Shown here: positions 1 through 8,328 of the stretch, in pieces
Layout: every line of letters begins with the position of its first letter
Numbering within the stretch: position 1 is the stretch's first letter
DNA from: Actinomycetota bacterium
GTDB taxonomy: Bacteria; Actinomycetota; Thermoleophilia; Gaiellales; F1-60-MAGs149
Length of the DNA stretch: 44,320 nucleotides
Direction: 5' to 3'
NCBI GenBank assembly: GCA_947478745.1
Contig: CANJXE010000003.1
Span: 1 to 44,320, forward strand
Position numbers and translations under genes: made by a program
The notes under the pieces: generated by a model
Seen by the model: the letters and a program-made list of their open reading frames with translations, nothing else
Told to the model about the DNA's origin: nothing
The model's database searches: none

Positions 1-815
1 GCGTGCGGCAGGTACCCCTGCTCGCGAAACTCCTCGACGCTCGCCGCGCCATGGCGCTTCGACAGCCGCTTCTTGTCCGGTCCCAGGATCATGGAGAGAT
101 GCGCAGTCGTCGGGAAGGTTCCGCCGAGCGCCTCGATCAGCAGCTTCTGACGCGGTGCCGACGGCAGCAGATCCTCGCCGCGGATGACGTGGGTGATGCC
201 CATCGCCATGTCGTCGAGCGGGTTGGCGAGCTGGTAGGTCGGTGCGCCCCCGCCCCGCATCAGCACGGTGTCGCCCAGCAGGCGGTGCTCGAACGCGATG
301 CGACCGCGGACCAGGTCCTCGATCACCGTCTCGCCCTCGAGCGGCGTGCGCAGGCGGATGATCGCGGGGCGCCCCTCGCCCTCGAAGCGGCTGATCTGCT
401 CCGTCGTGAGGTCGCGATGCAGACGCGTGGGCGCGGCCGGATCATCGGTGTGACGCGCCGCAGCGCGCGCGGCCTCGAGCTCGTCGGGCGTCTGGTAGCA
501 GCGGTAGGCCAGGCCCTGCTCGAGCAGCTGGTCGACGGCAGCCTGGTAGCGCTCGGACCGCTCGCTCTGCAGGTACGGCCCGTGGGGCCCCCCGAGCCGC
601 GGCGACTCGTCGAAGTCGAGACCGAGCCAGTCGAGCGACCGCTGGATCTGCTCGATCGCGCCCTCGGCCTCGCGCTCCGTGTCCGTGTCCTCGATGCGGA
701 GGACTGCGACGCCGCCGTGGTGGCGGGCGAAGAGCCAGTTGTAGAGCGCCGTGCGCACCCCGCCGACGTGGAGGAACCCGGTGGGCGAGGGAGCGAAGCG
801 GACGCGGACAGTCAT
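1..815 (-). CDS. gltX: Glutamate--tRNA ligase, 5' part (runs off the window start; absent from the ORF track)
   Basis: Manual translation from ATG 815: MTVRVRFAPSPTGFLHVGGVRTALYNWLFAR...LRIEDTD...THVIRGEDLL...KRLSKRHG, giving the HIGH and KMSKS-type motifs. Confidence 0.96.
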   Translation of the reverse strand, partial: MTVRVRFAPSPTGFLHVGGVRTALYNWLFARHHGGVAVLRIEDTDTEREAEGAIEQIQRSLDWLGLDFDESPRLGGPHGPYLQSERSERYQAAVDQLLEQGLAYRCYQTPDELEAARAAARHTDDPAAPTRLHRDLTTEQISRFEGEGRPAIIRLRTPLEGETVIEDLVRGRIAFEHRLLGDTVLMRGGGAPTYQLANPLDDMAMGITHVIRGEDLLPSAPRQKLLIEALGGTFPTTAHLSMILGPDKKRLSKRHGAASVEEFREQGYLPH

Positions 816-926
816 GCACGGAAACGTACCGATCAACCCGGGATCGTCACGCACCAGTCCCGGCGATCAGTGCCGGGGGCGCACCCCGGCGCACGCGTCC
901 GCGAGGCCGCTTCGTATGCTGACGGG

Positions 927-1802
927 GTGATCGCAGGCGCCCACGTCTCCTCGGCCGGTGGCCTGCACAACGTGCCGGCGCGTGCCGCTGCCATCGCTGC
1001 CGATGGCGTGCAGGTCTTCATCCAGAGCGCCCGCACGTGGAAGCCCACCGCGCACCGGCCCGAGGACCTCGCCGTCCTGCGCGCGGCGCGCGAGAGCGGC
1101 CAGGTGCAGTACATCGTCTGCCACGCGATCTACTTCATCAACCTCGCCACCGACGAGCCCGCGCTGCTCGAGAAGAGCCGCGCTGCGCTCCTCAACACGA
1201 TCGACGTCGCCAATGCCATCGCGGCCGACGGGATCGTGCTGCACGTCGGCTCGCACAAGGGGCGCGGGCTCGAGGCGACGCTGCCGCAGATCGTGGCTGA
1301 GCTCAAGGTCGCGCTGGCGCACCTCGACGGACCGTGGCTCCTGCTGGAGAACTCCGCGGGCGCCGGCGGCACGATCGGCCGCGACCCGGTCGAGCTGGCG
1401 AGCATCATCAACGCCGTCGACCACCCGCGCCTCGGGCTCTGCATCGATACCTGCCACGCCTACGTCTCGGGCGTCGACGTGACCGATCCACAGCAGCTCG
1501 ACGCCCTCGTCGAGCAGCTCGACACGCTCGTCGGCATCGATCGGCTGCGCTGCCTGCACGTCAACGACGCGGCCGCAGCCTGTGGATCGAATCGCGATCG
1601 CCACGCCAACGTCGGCGAGGGCGAGATGGGCGACGGGCTCGCCCTCACCCTCTCCCACCCCCTGCTGGCCGACCTCCCGATGCTGCTGGAGACGCCCGGG
1701 CATGAGGGCAACGGGCCGGATGCGCAGGAGATCGCAACCCTGCGCGCCCTGCACGCCGCAGGCCTCAAGCGTCGTCAGGCGAAGCAGAAGCGCGCACGCT
1801 GA
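927..1802 (+). CDS. nfo: Endonuclease IV (AP endonuclease family 2)
   Basis: GAHVSSAGG, HAIYFINLA, LLENSAG, CIDTCH, HVND, DRHAN and LETP metal-binding motifs. GTG 927 lies 6 nt after TATGCT; the long upstream extension in the ORF track overlaps gltX. Confidence 0.95.
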   Translation: MIAGAHVSSAGGLHNVPARAAAIAADGVQVFIQSARTWKPTAHRPEDLAVLRAARESGQVQYIVCHAIYFINLATDEPALLEKSRAALLNTIDVANAIAADGIVLHVGSHKGRGLEATLPQIVAELKVALAHLDGPWLLLENSAGAGGTIGRDPVELASIINAVDHPRLGLCIDTCHAYVSGVDVTDPQQLDALVEQLDTLVGIDRLRCLHVNDAAAACGSNRDRHANVGEGEMGDGLALTLSHPLLADLPMLLETPGHEGNGPDAQEIATLRALHAAGLKRRQAKQKRAR

Positions 1803-2145
1803 TCGTGAAGGTGCCGCCCTCGGGCGGCTCGCGGAACTCCGGATTCACGCACCCGATCTCCGGCAGCCGCTGCGGATAGGCGGCCTCGACCCGGGCGGAG
1901 CAGATCGCCAGGGGCACACGCGCCGCCCGAATCGCGCCGAATGCGCGCCCGTCGGCCAGACACGACTCGAGCGCCGCCAGCTCCACCTCGGCGCGGTGCA
2001 CGCCCTCCACGCAACCGACGTAGCGACGGCCATCCTTGGCGTCGTACGCGTACAGGCGAGAACAGCCAAGGCAGGCGACCGGATCCACGACCCAGTCGCA
2101 GTAGACGCGACAGCGTCGGCAGGAGGAATCGCGATCGATCGCCAT
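1765..2145 (-). CDS. Cys-rich hypothetical protein (9 Cys, CxxCxxxC), possibly metal- or Fe-S-binding
   Basis: 126-aa ORF co-oriented downstream of gcvH with protein-like composition; overlaps the nfo 3' end by 38 nt. Confidence 0.7.
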   Translation of the reverse strand: MAIDRDSSCRRCRVYCDWVVDPVACLGCSRLYAYDAKDGRRYVGCVEGVHRAEVELAALESCLADGRAFGAIRAARVPLAICSARVEAAYPQRLPEIGCVNPEFREPPEGGTFTISVRASASPDDA

Positions 2146-2187
2146 GCGCCCATCGTGGCACGCCGGCAGGACCGGCGTGGCGGAGAC

Positions 2188-2571
2188 CTAGAGCAGGCCC
2201 TGGTACGCCGCGGCGTCGAGCAGCGTCTCGACCAAGCTCGGGTCGTCGAGCTTGACGCGAATCAACCAGCCCTGGTCGTACGGATCCTCGTTGACGAGCT
2301 CCGGCGACTCGACGGCCTTGTCGTTGACGGCCGTGACGGTGCCGCCCAGCGGAGCGATCACGTCGGAGACGGCCTTGACCGACTCCAGCGAGCCGTACGA
2401 GCTATCGGCGTCGACGTGCGAGCCGACCGCAGGCGGCTCGAAGTACACGACCTCGCCGAGAGCGTCCTGTGCGTGCCATGTGATCCCGAAGATCGCCTCG
2501 TCGCCGTCGGCGCGCACCCAGTCATGATCTCGGTGATAGCGCAGATCAGCGGGGTAGCTTTCCTCAGCCAT
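2188..2571 (-). CDS. gcvH: Glycine cleavage system H protein
   Basis: YPADLRY...HDW, GITWHAQDALGEVVY, lipoyl-Lys motif ESVKAVSD, VNEDPY. Confidence 0.97.
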   Translation of the reverse strand: MAEESYPADLRYHRDHDWVRADGDEAIFGITWHAQDALGEVVYFEPPAVGSHVDADSSYGSLESVKAVSDVIAPLGGTVTAVNDKAVESPELVNEDPYDQGWLIRVKLDDPSLVETLLDAAAYQGLL

Positions 2572-2574
2572 GGC

Positions 2575-3675
2575 TCAGGACTCCTTCTTGTAGAACGGCA
2601 GGGGAACGACCTCGGCGTCGCGCTCGCGACCGCGGATGTCGACCTGCAGCGTCGTGCCGGGAGCCGCATGCACGGGCGAGATGTAGCCCAGTCCGATGCC
2701 GCGGTCGACGCTCGGGGAGAGCGTGCCGCTGGTGATCGTGCCGATCTTCACGCCGTCCTTCAGGATCGCGTAGCCCTCGCGCGGAATCGCGCGATCCAGC
2801 AGCTGGATGCCGACGAGCTGGCGCTTGACGCCCTTGGCGACCTGCTTGTCGAGGACGGTGCTGCCGACGAACTCGCGCCCGAGGTGCACGAAGCGGCCGA
2901 GGTTGGCCTCGATCGGCGTCGTCTTCGCATCGATGTCGTGACCGTGCAGCGGGTATCCCATCTCAAGGCGCAGCGTGTCGCGCGCGCCGAGTCCGCTCGG
3001 CACGACGCCGTGCTCCCGGTGAGCCAGAATGCCGTCCCAGAGGTCGCCAGCGCGATCGGCGGCGCACATGATCTCGACGCCGATCTCGCCGGTGTACCCC
3101 GTGCGCGCGACGCGGCAGGGAACCCCGGCCACCATGCGCTCGACGATGGTGAACGGCTTGATCGTGTCCGGTGCCGGCGTCTTCTTCTGCCAGACGTCGG
3201 CGAGGAGATCCAGCGTCACGGGGCCCTGGAGCGCGATCATCGCGGTCTCGGCGCTGATATCGGTGACGACCGCGCCGCGGTGCTTGAATGCCTTCAGGTG
3301 CTCGAAATCGGCCTTGATGTTGCCTGCGTTGACGACCAGCAGCCACGTCTTGTCCGGCAGCCGGTAGACGATCAGGTCGTCGATGATGCCGCCCTTCTCG
3401 TTGAGCAGGAACGAGTACTGCGCCTGCCCCTCGTCGAGACGGTCGATGTCGCTGGCCAGCGCCTTGCGCAGCAGTCCCTCGGCACCCGAGCCCGTAACCT
3501 CGAGCTGGCCCATGTGCGAGACGTCGAAGATGCCCGCACGGGCGCGCACGGCACGGTGCTCCTCGTTGATGCCCACGTAGTAGACGGGCATCTCCCAGCC
3601 GCCGAACTCGACCATGCGGGCGCCGAGCTCCTCGTGGCGGTCGTACAGCGGGGTGCGGTTGAGGCTGCTCGTCAT
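2575..3675 (-). CDS. gcvT: Glycine cleavage system aminomethyltransferase T
   Basis: RTPLY, FGGWEMPV, FDVSHMG, RTGYTGE, GLGARDTLRLEMG. Confidence 0.97.
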   Translation of the reverse strand: MTSSLNRTPLYDRHEELGARMVEFGGWEMPVYYVGINEEHRAVRARAGIFDVSHMGQLEVTGSGAEGLLRKALASDIDRLDEGQAQYSFLLNEKGGIIDDLIVYRLPDKTWLLVVNAGNIKADFEHLKAFKHRGAVVTDISAETAMIALQGPVTLDLLADVWQKKTPAPDTIKPFTIVERMVAGVPCRVARTGYTGEIGVEIMCAADRAGDLWDGILAHREHGVVPSGLGARDTLRLEMGYPLHGHDIDAKTTPIEANLGRFVHLGREFVGSTVLDKQVAKGVKRQLVGIQLLDRAIPREGYAILKDGVKIGTITSGTLSPSVDRGIGLGYISPVHAAPGTTLQVDIRGRERDAEVVPLPFYKKES

Positions 3676-3678
3676 GGT

Positions 3679-3732
3679 TCAGCGATGCGGGGGTCGGGCG
3701 TGCGCGGTGTCCCTATCGCGTACGAACTGCAT
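3679..3732 (-). CDS. Putative leaderless 17-aa upstream ORF (MQFVRDRDTAHARPPHR) preceding gcvT
   Basis: TAGTAT (3745-3740) + 7 nt + ATG 3732; the stop lies 3 nt before the gcvT ATG, and gcvT lacks an obvious SD. Confidence 0.35.
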   Translation of the reverse strand: MQFVRDRDTAHARPPHR

Positions 3733-3877
3733 TGCCGAGATACTACCGCGTTCTGTCCCTTGATGCGTGGTGCCCGTCGCAATGTCACGGTGCTGTTGCA
3801 GATCGCCCCTCGACGACACGGGATCGGATGGCGGTGTAGCCTTCAAGGGCAGTGGGCTGATCGCCCGCTCCTCGCGT

Positions 3878-4675
3878 ATGCGGATTCTCCTGCTGATCAT
3901 CACCGGCCTGGCGCTCATCGCCCCGGCCACGGCTCTCGCCCAGACGCCGCCGTTCACGCTGTTCCCGGTGATCGGGGGCGCGCACTACACCGATGACTTC
4001 GGCGATGGACGTGCGGGCGGCAGCCACGAGGGCAATGATCTGCTTGCGCCCTGCGGCACGCCGACCGTTGCCGTGGTGCCCGGCACCGTCACGCTCGACT
4101 GGGGCGATCGCTCCGGCTGGATGGTGACGCTCAAGGGCAAGAGCAGCTGGTACCGCTACATCCACATGGATGGCCGCGACGGCCCCCGCAGCGCGCTCGC
4201 GAAGGGCCTGAAGGACGGCTCGCGGGTCAAGGCCGGTCAGATCATCTCCTACGTCGGCGATACGGGCGATGCCAGCGGCGGCCCCTGCCACCTCCACTTC
4301 GAGCTGCATCGCGGCGCCAACGTCTCGTCGCCGTATGCGTACCTCCAGACGGCGACGATCATGCAGCTCGATCCGGCCGACCCGGTCAGCGCGAATGCCG
4401 TCACCCCGCAGGTCTCGCTGACGATCACGGGCGTCGTCGCCTGGACCGCGACGGTCGCCGGCGAGGGACGCCTGATCATCCGCCCCACGGGCGTTTCGTC
4501 GTCCGACGGCACGAAGCTGTCGCATGCCGGCACGATCGCGCTGCGCGCCAGCCCGTCGCTCTTCCCCGCCGCCTCCGTTGGCCGCTCCGTCACCGTCACG
4601 ACCACCGCCGTCGGGCTGACGACCGCGCTGCAGGACATCGTGCCGCTGTCGTGGACAGCGGCCACGGTCACCTGA
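3878..4675 (+). CDS. Secreted M23 family metallopeptidase
   Basis: Signal peptide MRILLLIITGLALIAPATALA; HEGND (HxxxD), YIHM and HLHFE (HxH) motifs; beta-rich C-terminal extension. Confidence 0.9.
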   Translation: MRILLLIITGLALIAPATALAQTPPFTLFPVIGGAHYTDDFGDGRAGGSHEGNDLLAPCGTPTVAVVPGTVTLDWGDRSGWMVTLKGKSSWYRYIHMDGRDGPRSALAKGLKDGSRVKAGQIISYVGDTGDASGGPCHLHFELHRGANVSSPYAYLQTATIMQLDPADPVSANAVTPQVSLTITGVVAWTATVAGEGRLIIRPTGVSSSDGTKLSHAGTIALRASPSLFPAASVGRSVTVTTTAVGLTTALQDIVPLSWTAATVT

Positions 4676-4676
4676 G

Positions 4677-5321
4677 TCAGTCGATCCGCAGCGCCATGCC
4701 GATCTGGTGCCGGAGGTCCGGTAGCCAGGCGGCGTCGATCGTGTGCACCACCGGCGTCTCGCGGTAGGTCACGTCCATGCCCGCAGCCAGCAGCTCGTCG
4801 CGTGCCGATCGGCCGAACGAGACGTCGATGACCGGATCGATGCTGCCGTGCACGATCGTGACGGGCGGGCGATCGGGCGACGCCAGGTCGAGCGGATGCC
4901 GCTCGACGTGCGGGATGAAGCCCACCATCGCCAAGAGCGCGGCGGGTGGCGTCCGGTTGGCGGCGAGCGCCATCGCGTAGGCCATCACGCAACCCTGCGA
5001 GAAGCCACCGAGGACGATGCGCTCCTCGGGCACGCCGATGCGATCGGGCAGGCCGTCCAGCCAGTCATCGAGCAGCTGCACCGACGCCAGGAAGGTCGCC
5101 TGATCGGGGTGGCCGACGCGCGGCACGACGTACCAGTGCCAACCGCCGGTGCCCAGGTCGAGCGGTGCGCGGGGCGTGACGCCGACCAGGCGCTGCTCCG
5201 GGTCGAGCACCTCGATGATCGGCAGCAGGTCGTGCTCGTCGGCGCCGCGTCCATGAAAGAGCACCAGGGCGCCCTCGGGCTCGCCGCGAGACGGTCGAAT
5301 GCGCTCGACGATCCCGCTCAT
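4677..5321 (-). CDS. Phospholipase/carboxylesterase (alpha/beta hydrolase, MhqD/YpfH-like)
   Basis: FHGRGADE, GFSQG nucleophile motif, HGSIDPVI, HTI; its start overlaps the upstream dioxygenase stop (ATGA). Confidence 0.9.
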   Translation of the reverse strand: MSGIVERIRPSRGEPEGALVLFHGRGADEHDLLPIIEVLDPEQRLVGVTPRAPLDLGTGGWHWYVVPRVGHPDQATFLASVQLLDDWLDGLPDRIGVPEERIVLGGFSQGCVMAYAMALAANRTPPAALLAMVGFIPHVERHPLDLASPDRPPVTIVHGSIDPVIDVSFGRSARDELLAAGMDVTYRETPVVHTIDAAWLPDLRHQIGMALRID

Positions 5322-6229
5322 CGGTACGGCGCCCAGGGGTCGGGGATCGGGGCGAGCCGCTCCTCGAGCAGGGGGCGCAGATGCTCGTGCTGGCGCGGCA
5401 GGCACAGCGAGGCGCCGAGCGTCTCGATCGGCTCGTCGACGGCGAAGCCCGGACCGTCGGTGGCGATCTCGAACAGCACGCCGGAGGGCTCGCGGAAGTA
5501 GATCGAGCGGAAGTAGTCGCGATCCACGATCGGCGTGGCCTGCACACCGGCCTCGGCGGCGCGGCCGAGCCAGTGCACATGGTCCGTATCCGTGCTGGCC
5601 CACGCCACGTGGTGCGTCGTTCCCGCACCGCCGATCGCCGCCTCGCCGCCTGCGTGCACGAGCTCGTAGGCGGCGCCGTGGCCGGCCGCCTCGGTCCACC
5701 AGATGCCGGCGTCGTGCTCGAAGCCGAGCGACGCCAGCACGGCGGCGCTGCCCTGCGGATCGCGGGTCTGGGCCTGGACGCCGATCATCCGACGCAAGGC
5801 GACCTCGCCGGGAACGTGCGGGGCCTCGGCGTGCGGCAGGTGCGCGCTCTCGGGGACGGCGATGAGCCGCGTCACGAGGCCCTCGTGGTCCCAGACGTTG
5901 AGATGCGCCGCGCCACGCTCGGTGGTCGCGCGGCCCGCGAGGTGGCGTTCCCACCAGTCCAGCGCGTCTTCACCGGGCACGCTCCAGTCGATCCGGGTGA
6001 CCATGCCCTCGCCCGCGCGGCCGAGGCGCGCTCCCGGGTACTCGAAGAAGGTCAGCGCGGTGCCGGGCGCGCCCGTGCGGTCGCCGTAGTACAGGTGGTA
6101 CGCGCCAGGGTCATCGAAGTTGACGGTCTTCTTCACGAGCCGCAGGCCCAGCACCCCGCCGTAGAACTCGGCGTTGCGCGGACCGTCCGCGGTGATCGCC
6201 GTGACGTGATGGATGCCGTGCAGGCGCAT
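5318..6229 (-). CDS. Ring-cleaving dioxygenase, VOC family (MhqO/MhqA-like)
   Basis: GIHHVTAI, LVKKTVNFDDP..YHLYYGD, LTFF, HHVAW, DRDYFRSIYFREPSGVLFEIAT. Confidence 0.93.
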   Translation of the reverse strand: MRLHGIHHVTAITADGPRNAEFYGGVLGLRLVKKTVNFDDPGAYHLYYGDRTGAPGTALTFFEYPGARLGRAGEGMVTRIDWSVPGEDALDWWERHLAGRATTERGAAHLNVWDHEGLVTRLIAVPESAHLPHAEAPHVPGEVALRRMIGVQAQTRDPQGSAAVLASLGFEHDAGIWWTEAAGHGAAYELVHAGGEAAIGGAGTTHHVAWASTDTDHVHWLGRAAEAGVQATPIVDRDYFRSIYFREPSGVLFEIATDGPGFAVDEPIETLGASLCLPRQHEHLRPLLEERLAPIPDPWAPYR

Positions 6230-6233
6230 GGGA

Positions 6234-6440
6234 CTACTGCTCGTCGTTCGGCCGGATGACACGACGGTTGTAGAGCCGCGCACCGAGCGCACCGGCACCG
6301 CTGAGGAGGGCCAGCAGCGCCGCATTCTGGTACGTGTCCGGCCACGCGATGAAGAAGTGCAGGAGCGCGAGGGCCCCGAGTCCGAAGAAGTAGCCGAAGC
6401 CGAAGGTCGCGAGATAGTCGATGATCGGGCGCTGCGTCAT
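6234..6440 (-). CDS. Small two-TM membrane protein
   Basis: 68 aa with two hydrophobic segments followed by a basic tail; fills the gap between argD and the dioxygenase. Confidence 0.65.
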   Translation of the reverse strand: MTQRPIIDYLATFGFGYFFGLGALALLHFFIAWPDTYQNAALLALLSGAGALGARLYNRRVIRPNDEQ

Positions 6441-6481
6441 ATCCTCAGTGTCGGGCACCTGCCGGACGGGCGCAAACCGGA

Positions 6482-7654
6482 TCAGTCGCGTGCGGCGAGG
6501 ACGGTCTGCAGCGTCGCGATCGCGAGGTCGATCTGATCGGCGTCGATCACGAGCGGCGGGATCAGTCGCAGCGCCGACTCCGTGACGGCGTTGACCAACA
6601 CGCCGCGCTCACGCAGCGCCACGGCCACGCCTGCGGCATCGCCGGCGGCCAGCTCGACCGCGACCATCAGCCCCGCGCCGCGAACGTCGGCGACGCCGGG
6701 CACCGACCGCAGGCCGCTGGCCAGACGGTCTCCCATCCGCTGCGCGTTGCCGATGAGGTCATCGTCGGCCACCACGTCCAGCGTCGCCAGCGCGCCGGCG
6801 GCGATCGCCGGCGAGCCGCCGTACGTCGTGCCATGGTCGCCGGGCCGGAACCCGGTGGCCAGGTCGCGCGACAGGACCGCGCCGATCGGCAGACCGCTGG
6901 CCAGGCCCTTCGCCAGCGTGATCACATCGGGACGCACGCCGGACCGCTGGAACGAGAACCAGGCGCCGGTGCGGCCGATGCCCGTCTGCACCTCATCGAA
7001 GATCAGCAGCGCGCCGTGCTCGTCACACGCAGCACGCGCCGCCATGAGCAGCTCGTCGGAGATCACGTTGACGCCCCCCTCGCCCTGGATCGGCTCGATC
7101 AGGACGCCGGCGGTATCAGGTCCGATCGCGGCGCGCAGCGCCTCCACATCAGCGCGCGGTACCTGCTGGAAGCCGGCCGGGAGGGGCTCGAACGGGTCCT
7201 TCTTCGACGCTCCCCAGGTCGCGGCGAGCGCGCCCATCGTGCGGCCGTGGAACGCGCCCTCGAGGCTGACGATGTGGTGCTTCCCGTCTCCCCCGACCTC
7301 GCGCCCGTGGCGCCGGGCCAGCTTGATCGCGGCCTCGTTGGCCTCGGCCCCCGAGTTGCAGAAGAACGCACGCTGCAGGCCGCTCAGCTCGCAGAGCCGC
7401 TCGGCGAGCGCCACGGCGGGCTCGCTCCAGAAGAGGTTGGAGACGTGCCCGAGGGTCGCCGCCTGCTCCGCCAGCGCCGTGGCGGGTGCGGGATGCCCGT
7501 GTCCGAGCGTGACCACGGCGATGCCGGCGACGAGATCCAGGTAGCGGTTGCCCGCGTCGTCCCAGACCCAGCACCCCTGGCCGCGCACGAGCGTCAGGGG
7601 TCGCGGCGGGTAGTTCGTCATCATCACGTCGCCGCCGCGACGGGCGATGCTCAT
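6482..7654 (-). CDS. argD: Acetylornithine aminotransferase
   Basis: NSGAEANEAAIK, FHGRT, EPIQGEGG, DEVQTGIGRTG, LAKGL; ATGA overlap with the argB stop. Confidence 0.95.
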   Translation of the reverse strand: MSIARRGGDVMMTNYPPRPLTLVRGQGCWVWDDAGNRYLDLVAGIAVVTLGHGHPAPATALAEQAATLGHVSNLFWSEPAVALAERLCELSGLQRAFFCNSGAEANEAAIKLARRHGREVGGDGKHHIVSLEGAFHGRTMGALAATWGASKKDPFEPLPAGFQQVPRADVEALRAAIGPDTAGVLIEPIQGEGGVNVISDELLMAARAACDEHGALLIFDEVQTGIGRTGAWFSFQRSGVRPDVITLAKGLASGLPIGAVLSRDLATGFRPGDHGTTYGGSPAIAAGALATLDVVADDDLIGNAQRMGDRLASGLRSVPGVADVRGAGLMVAVELAAGDAAGVAVALRERGVLVNAVTESALRLIPPLVIDADQIDLAIATLQTVLAARD

Positions 7655-8328
7655 GGCCGCACCTGCGTGCCGGCGCCGATGCGGACGCACCGCACGCCGC
7701 CGGCGAGCGCGGCATTGCAGGCCTCGAGCTTCGGGAGCATGCCGCCGCTGACGGTGGGCGGTGCGGCGGCCGAGATCGTGGCCAGCACGTTGCCCGCCTC
7801 GTCCAGCACGCCGGGAACGTCAGAGAGGAAGGCCAGCTCGTCGGCCCCGAGGGCGATGGCGATGGCCGAGGCGACGTCGTCGGCGTTGACGTTGAGCAGC
7901 CGCGGCGAGGTGCCTTCGCGACCGATCGGGGCGATCAGCGGCAGCCGATCGGCATTCCACGCCGCGCGAATCACCTCGACGTCGACGACTGCGGGCTCGC
8001 CGACCAGGCCGAGCTCGCGCCGGCGCAGGCACTGGAGGAGCTCGCCATTGCGAAAGGGCTGTGCCTCTCGGCCGAGCTCCCGCAGCTCCGCCACGAGCGC
8101 GTCGGAGACGTCGGCGAGAGCAACGCGCGCGCAGGCCAGCGTCGGCAGATCGGTGTAGCGGCGACCATCGACCCAGCGGGCCGGGATGCCACGCGTCTCC
8201 ATCAGCGCGGTGATCTGGGCGCCACCGCCATGCACCAGCACCAGCGGACGGCCGTCGGCGGCAGCGATCGCATCAGGCAGCAGCGCAAGCGCATTGCCAC
8301 CCAGCTTCGCGACGAGGGCGCCGGTCAC
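7651..8328 (-). CDS. argB: Acetylglutamate kinase (compact)
   Basis: KLGGN, VHGGGAQI, GRRYTD, NVNAD, SDVPGVL, GGMLPKL. Confidence 0.93.
   Translation of the reverse strand: MTGALVAKLGGNALALLPDAIAAADGRPLVLVHGGGAQITALMETRGIPARWVDGRRYTDLPTLACARVALADVSDALVAELRELGREAQPFRNGELLQCLRRRELGLVGEPAVVDVEVIRAAWNADRLPLIAPIGREGTSPRLLNVNADDVASAIAIALGADELAFLSDVPGVLDEAGNVLATISAAAPPTVSGGMLPKLEACNAALAGGVRCVRIGAGTQVRP

Noticed and set aside
3676-3877. Glycine riboswitch or 6S RNA upstream of gcvT
   Set aside because: The glycine aptamer core words are absent. The stem spans only about 100 nt, too short for 6S, and has no clear central bubble.
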